A program made the position numbers and the translations under genes. Positions 16,690 through 20,000 of a DNA stretch of 20,000 nt are shown piece by piece (the first letter of the stretch is position 1; each line of letters starts with the position of its first letter). The notes beneath the pieces are model-generated. The model saw only the letters and a list, made by a program, of their open reading frames with translations, made no database searches and was not told the DNA's origin. This DNA comes from an uncultured virus (IMG/VR IMGVR_UViG_3300009152_002325) (lineage: Duplodnaviria > Heunggongvirae > Uroviricota > Caudoviricetes). The stretch is from IMG/VR virus record IMGVR_UViG_3300009152_002325. One strand, written 5' to 3'.

Positions 16690-16698
16690 ATTATATCA
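16690..16698 (-). promoter_or_regulatory. Extended -10 promoter (probably leaderless) inside the oxygenase cluster
   Basis: Minus strand TGATATAAT, whose TGA is the upstream stop codon; 6 nt to ATG 16683 and no RBS. Confidence 0.5.
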
Positions 16699-17412
16699 TT
16701 TCTCATTGCTTGAAGTAAGGTCAGTAATTTTTAACTTTAAAGACTTAACCTCATGGCTTCCAAGGACGGTGCCATCGTAATCTACTGCATCTCTATAGAA
16801 ATTTGTGAATCCACCTGATTGAGTAATTTTATCCCAGGCCTTAAGTCTCGCTTGTCTACGTATATGCTCTGACTCAGTAAATACTTTATCTTTTACTTCG
16901 AGCTCTACATTTTGATACTCTGACAAAGATATAGGGATAAATGTTGCCACTGGCATGCCCGCTGGAATCTTTATAACAGTATTCGGTCTTGTTATTTTCC
17001 ATGCAATTGGTATGCCCTCTTTTAAAACAGATGTTGAAATAATTGTTGTAAATGGAGTAGCTCCATCTACAAAAAAATTAGGAGGAACTATTTGAAGCAT
17101 TGAAACATTTGGATCCGTCTCAAAGAAAAACCCAGAGTAAAAACTAATTGTGCCATTTGCTCTTTGGCCAGTAGCAACTTGTGCTGGATCCGATATTATC
17201 TTTACATGATCTGGAGTCGTATCTGAAATACCATCCCAACTGAACTCAATATCATCTAAAAATGAGATTGACCAACCAATTGTATTTGCCAAAGAAACTG
17301 GAAAACATTTGTATGCATGGGCATTTAGAGTTTCATCCATCCAGTCTCTTTTAACTTTAGTTTGTTCTATTTTAGACCTAGTCTGTTTATTTTTATAGGC
17401 TGTTATTTTCAT
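16696..17412 (-). CDS. DUF6065-like protein, about 238 aa
   Basis: Probable start MKITAYK (17412). KRDWMDET..AHAYKCFPVSLANTIGW, PPNFFVDG and WKITRPN..I.IPAGMPVATFIP match my recollection of DUF6065. Confidence 0.7.
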   Translation of the reverse strand: MKITAYKNKQTRSKIEQTKVKRDWMDETLNAHAYKCFPVSLANTIGWSISFLDDIEFSWDGISDTTPDHVKIISDPAQVATGQRANGTISFYSGFFFETDPNVSMLQIVPPNFFVDGATPFTTIISTSVLKEGIPIAWKITRPNTVIKIPAGMPVATFIPISLSEYQNVELEVKDKVFTESEHIRRQARLKAWDKITQSGGFTNFYRDAVDYDGTVLGSHEVKSLKLKITDLTSSNEK

Positions 17413-18103
17413 TGATTTCGTTATCCCATTTTGGATCATACATCTCTTGAGTATGAAATTTTTTACTATAGTCAAGCATAGTTACTATAGAATATTTTGT
17501 TCCTTTGGTTACAGCTTTTGCTTGATGAGGGTACATAAAGTTAGATGGGAAAATATAAAGGTCTCCAGCTCTTGGCTTAATATCTAGGCCCTGAAGTCTA
17601 AAATACAATCCTCCATCATCATAGTCATCGTTAACATAACCAACCAAGGACACAACGCAATTATAAGAATATCCGTGGTCTTGGTGCTCCATAAAATGTT
17701 GGCTTTCTCCATATTTAATAAAATTAAAAGCTTCCCAATATTTAAGCTCCATAATATTATGCGCTTTGCAGTAATCTACAACTACTGGATATTGAGCATC
17801 ATAAACATCTTGCCATAGAGATTTTAACTTTTCAGCATCTTCACTTTTATCAAGAGCTATATCGCTTTTTTTAAATTTGAAATCTACGCAATCTCTATAG
17901 TCTGGCATTAACTGTTGATACCCAACATAAGCTGGCTGATAAGAATATCTTTTTTCTTTACTGCCAACTGGACCAACTGAGCCTTCAAGTCTATTTATAA
18001 TGTCAAATTCTTTTTTTAATACGTCTCTATATACAAATATTCCAGGAGCCAACTCTTCTTTGCTACTCCATGTTGGAGATGTGCTTTTCTTTTCTGTTGT
18101 CAT
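17393..18103 (-). CDS. 2OG-Fe(II) oxygenase, prolyl-4-hydroxylase-like (2nd of 6)
   Basis: EAFNFIKY...HQDHG...YVNDDYDDGGLYF...PRAGDLYIFPSNFMYPH......GTKYSIV. Confidence 0.9.
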   Translation of the reverse strand: MTTEKKSTSPTWSSKEELAPGIFVYRDVLKKEFDIINRLEGSVGPVGSKEKRYSYQPAYVGYQQLMPDYRDCVDFKFKKSDIALDKSEDAEKLKSLWQDVYDAQYPVVVDYCKAHNIMELKYWEAFNFIKYGESQHFMEHQDHGYSYNCVVSLVGYVNDDYDDGGLYFRLQGLDIKPRAGDLYIFPSNFMYPHQAKAVTKGTKYSIVTMLDYSKKFHTQEMYDPKWDNEINENNSL

Positions 18104-18873
18104 TTATATTCTCTCTTTTTCCAAATTTTTGACTTATACACTCCACCGTCGGGCTGACGATAAAACTTTGCATTATCCATTAGTTTTTTTTGCATTTCTT
18201 TTACATCAAGATACTCAACTTCGTGGCTCCAGTCTTCTCTTTTAAATGGAAGTACTTGTAGAAATGGTGTGCCTTTTGGGACAGTTCCTTCCCAATCTTT
18301 TGCAATAAAAAATGGAAATGTACCAAGTAAGTGGACCTCATCATTATCAACAATACCGCTGGTATTCAAGAAAGGCAAATCAAATCTATTCATTGGTGTC
18401 ATAAATAATGCACTGTATCCTTTTGGAACTTGAATTCCCCATTCTGGGTACCAAGCAAAATGATCTTCGTGATAACCAACTGGAGATGGAAATTGCTGCA
18501 TAGGAGGTCTTTCTGTTACAAAGCCTACATGCTTTTTATCTTTTATCTCTACAGATATTTTTCCCTTTTTATTTTTTGAAAAAAATAAATCGCATGGCGT
18601 GCTTAATACATATCCAGTCATAAATGCATCTAGTATTGCTGGGCAAGCCTTCCATGTTGGAATTTTACCATAGTCATCTTTTGTGCCTTCCCTTGGGATA
18701 GGGCAAACCTCTTTAGTGGCTTTATAGTATTCTCCATTTGGCATTTTTGCAAATCTGTCCGCCTCTTTGTACCATTCAGGAATACTGCCCTGAGTTGGCT
18801 TTGGTAAAGAAGGGCTGAATTTATCTAGCCATGGTCTAAAAGATTGAAATAGTATTTTAATATTTTTGTCCAG
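18100..18873 (-). CDS. DUF6065-related protein; true start uncertain (track start 18744, frame open further upstream)
   Basis: TWKACPAILDAFMTGY, WGIQVPKGYSALFMTPMNRFDLPF..SGIVDND and PKGTPFLQVLPFKREDW parallel the motifs of 16696..17412. The upstream in-frame stretch KILFQSFRPWL...IPEWYKEADRF looks coding. Confidence 0.6.
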   Translation of the reverse strand: MDKNIKILFQSFRPWLDKFSPSLPKPTQGSIPEWYKEADRFAKMPNGEYYKATKEVCPIPREGTKDDYGKIPTWKACPAILDAFMTGYVLSTPCDLFFSKNKKGKISVEIKDKKHVGFVTERPPMQQFPSPVGYHEDHFAWYPEWGIQVPKGYSALFMTPMNRFDLPFLNTSGIVDNDEVHLLGTFPFFIAKDWEGTVPKGTPFLQVLPFKREDWSHEVEYLDVKEMQKKLMDNAKFYRQPDGGVYKSKIWKKREYK

Positions 18874-19561
18874 TCTCTTCTTTATGATAGAGATCGTTAT
18901 AATCCATCATAATAACTACAGAATATTTTGTTCCAGATGATATATTTAAAGAAGCATGCTCGTAAACAAAGTTAGATGGAAACAGTATTATATCTCCTGC
19001 TTTTGGTTTTAAAATCATATCATGTCTTGGAAATTCAATTTCTCCGCCCACGTAATCATCATTTAAATATACAACTGCTGATACCGTACATGTGTAATAT
19101 GGACCATGGTCAGCATGTATTTTAAAAAACTCTCCTGGTAAATATTTTACAAAGTTAAATGCTTCTTTATAATTAATATTAAAATTCCATTCTGATTCAT
19201 AATGTCTTAATGCTTTATTTAATCCAATATCAACAATATCATAGCATTCTCTTAAAACATCACTGTCAGAAATATATTTACCAATTTGATCTTTTTTAAA
19301 TTTTAAATCATAACAATTTCTGGCATGAGTAGTTCTATCTTTTCCATTAACTCTTGCGCCATTCCATTGAATTCCAACTTTTTCTAAAGATATTTCTTCT
19401 TCAAGCATGGCAATTAGATTTTGGCAGTCTTCTTTACTTATTGCATTTCTATAAAGATTTATCCCGTATTCAAGGTTTTCAACAACAATGTTTTCATCAA
19501 TTTTTTTTGATTCAACTCTTGAAGTTGTTTTTTCAATTCTTGGTAGGTCATACCATTCCAT
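18857..19561 (-). CDS. 2OG-Fe(II) oxygenase, prolyl-4-hydroxylase-like (1st of 6)
   Basis: EAFNFVKY...HADHG...YLNDDYVGGEIEF...PKAGDIILFPSNFVYEH......GTKYSVV; clear paralog of 17393..18103. Confidence 0.9.
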   Translation of the reverse strand: MEWYDLPRIEKTTSRVESKKIDENIVVENLEYGINLYRNAISKEDCQNLIAMLEEEISLEKVGIQWNGARVNGKDRTTHARNCYDLKFKKDQIGKYISDSDVLRECYDIVDIGLNKALRHYESEWNFNINYKEAFNFVKYLPGEFFKIHADHGPYYTCTVSAVVYLNDDYVGGEIEFPRHDMILKPKAGDIILFPSNFVYEHASLNISSGTKYSVVIMMDYNDLYHKEETGQKY

Positions 19562-19575
19562 AGTATCTCATTTCT

Positions 19576-19584
19576 ACTATAACA
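19576..19584 (-). promoter_or_regulatory. Possible extended -10 promoter for the oxygenase cluster
   Basis: Minus strand TGTTATAGT 14 nt upstream of ATG 19561; TTGAAT lies upstream at a short 15-nt spacing. Confidence 0.35.
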
Positions 19585-19623
19585 TCTTATCATACTATTC
19601 AAGAAAAGAAAAGTATATTTTAT

Positions 19624-20000
19624 TTAGTATCCTCTAAAGTATGGGAAGTACGGTCCGCCGCCAAAACTTGGGAAGAACGGTGGGAAGAACGGTCCAAATG
19701 ATGGGAAGTATGGTGGGAAGAACGGTCCAAATAATGGGAAGAACGGGAAGCTTGGTCCCTTAAAGAACGGGAAGTATGGTGGGAAGAACGGCGGGAAGAA
19801 TGGTGGGAAGAATGGGAAGAACGGTGGGAAGAACGGCGGGAAGAATGGTGGGAAGAATGGTGGGAAGAATGGGAAGAAGGGTGGGAAGAACGGTGGGAAG
19901 AACGGTGGGAAGAACGGTGGGAAGAATGGGAAGAACGGTGGGAAGAACGGTGGGAAGAACGGGAAGAACGGTGGGAAGAATGGTGGGAAGAATGGGAAGA
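19624..20000 (-). CDS. C-terminal part of a Pro/Phe repeat protein (start outside the window)
   Basis: Absent from the ORF track. 124 complete sense codons, then TAA at 19624-19626: ...FPFFPPFFPPFFPFFPPFFPPFFPFFPPFFPPFFPPFFPPFFPFFPPFFPPFFPPFFPPFFPFFPPFFPPFFPPYFPFFKGPSFPFFPLFGPFFPPYFPSFGPFFPPFFPSFGGGPYFPYFRGY*. Same strand as all other genes; variation in the core is at Pro third positions (CCA/CCG/CCC). Confidence 0.8.
   Translation of the reverse strand, partial: FPFFPPFFPPFFPFFPPFFPPFFPFFPPFFPPFFPPFFPPFFPFFPPFFPPFFPPFFPPFFPFFPPFFPPFFPPYFPFFKGPSFPFFPLFGPFFPPYFPSFGPFFPPFFPSFGGGPYFPYFRGY
19641..20000. repeat. Coding tandem repeat of 12-nt (YGGYGGGAAGAA) and 9-nt (YGGGAAGAA) units
   Basis: Seen directly. 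All unit lengths are multiples of 3. Pure Pro/Phe from 19777 to the window edge, degenerate towards 19641. Confidence 0.95.

Noticed and set aside
13281..19561. Oxygenase cluster as a DNA hypermodification system (TET/JBP or AlkB type)
   Set aside because: The motifs (YLNDDYEGGE.F, P..G....FP) are of the P4H-like type, the methyltransferase is FkbM-like rather than a DNA methyltransferase, and the context is structural. Not formally excluded.
227..19563. Short plus-strand ORFs in the track (e.g. 227..514, 1763..2014, 3905..4171, 15213..15440, 19354..19563) and minus-strand 6726..6926
   Set aside because: All overlap well-supported minus-strand genes and have no recognisable motifs.
19641..20000. 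CRISPR array or non-coding satellite/telomere-like repeat
   Set aside because: No unique spacers; the units are 9 or 12 nt, keep frame, and grade into a coherent C-terminus and stop codon on the coding strand.
19628..20000. Plus-strand open frame encoding (GKNG)n
   Set aside because: The frame is open and the C/T variation is synonymous there too, but it has no start codon after the TAG at 19625-19627 and runs against every other gene. Best explained as the antisense shadow of the Pro/Phe ORF.

Overview
AT-rich segment of a tailed dsDNA phage (siphovirus-like), with every real gene on the minus strand. In transcription order (right to left) it contains: (1) the C-terminal end of an unusual Pro/Phe repeat protein, (PFF)(PPFF)n, cut by the window edge; (2) a tightly packed cluster of six prolyl-4-hydroxylase-like 2OG-Fe(II) oxygenases, two DUF6065-like proteins and an FkbM-type methyltransferase; (3) two hypothetical genes and a LamG/concanavalin-like protein; (4) a morphogenesis module: portal, prohead protease with a probable nested scaffold, HK97-fold major capsid, head-tail joining proteins, tail terminator, major tail protein, tail assembly chaperones joined by a -1 frameshift at CCCAAAC, and the 5' part of a TP901-type tape measure gene. 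The most interesting candidate system is the PPFF polymer next to the hydroxylase/methyltransferase cluster, possibly a phage-encoded protein modification pathway. Sigma70-type promoters, several apparently leaderless, are scattered through the region. All family calls come from reading motifs by eye; no database search was run.
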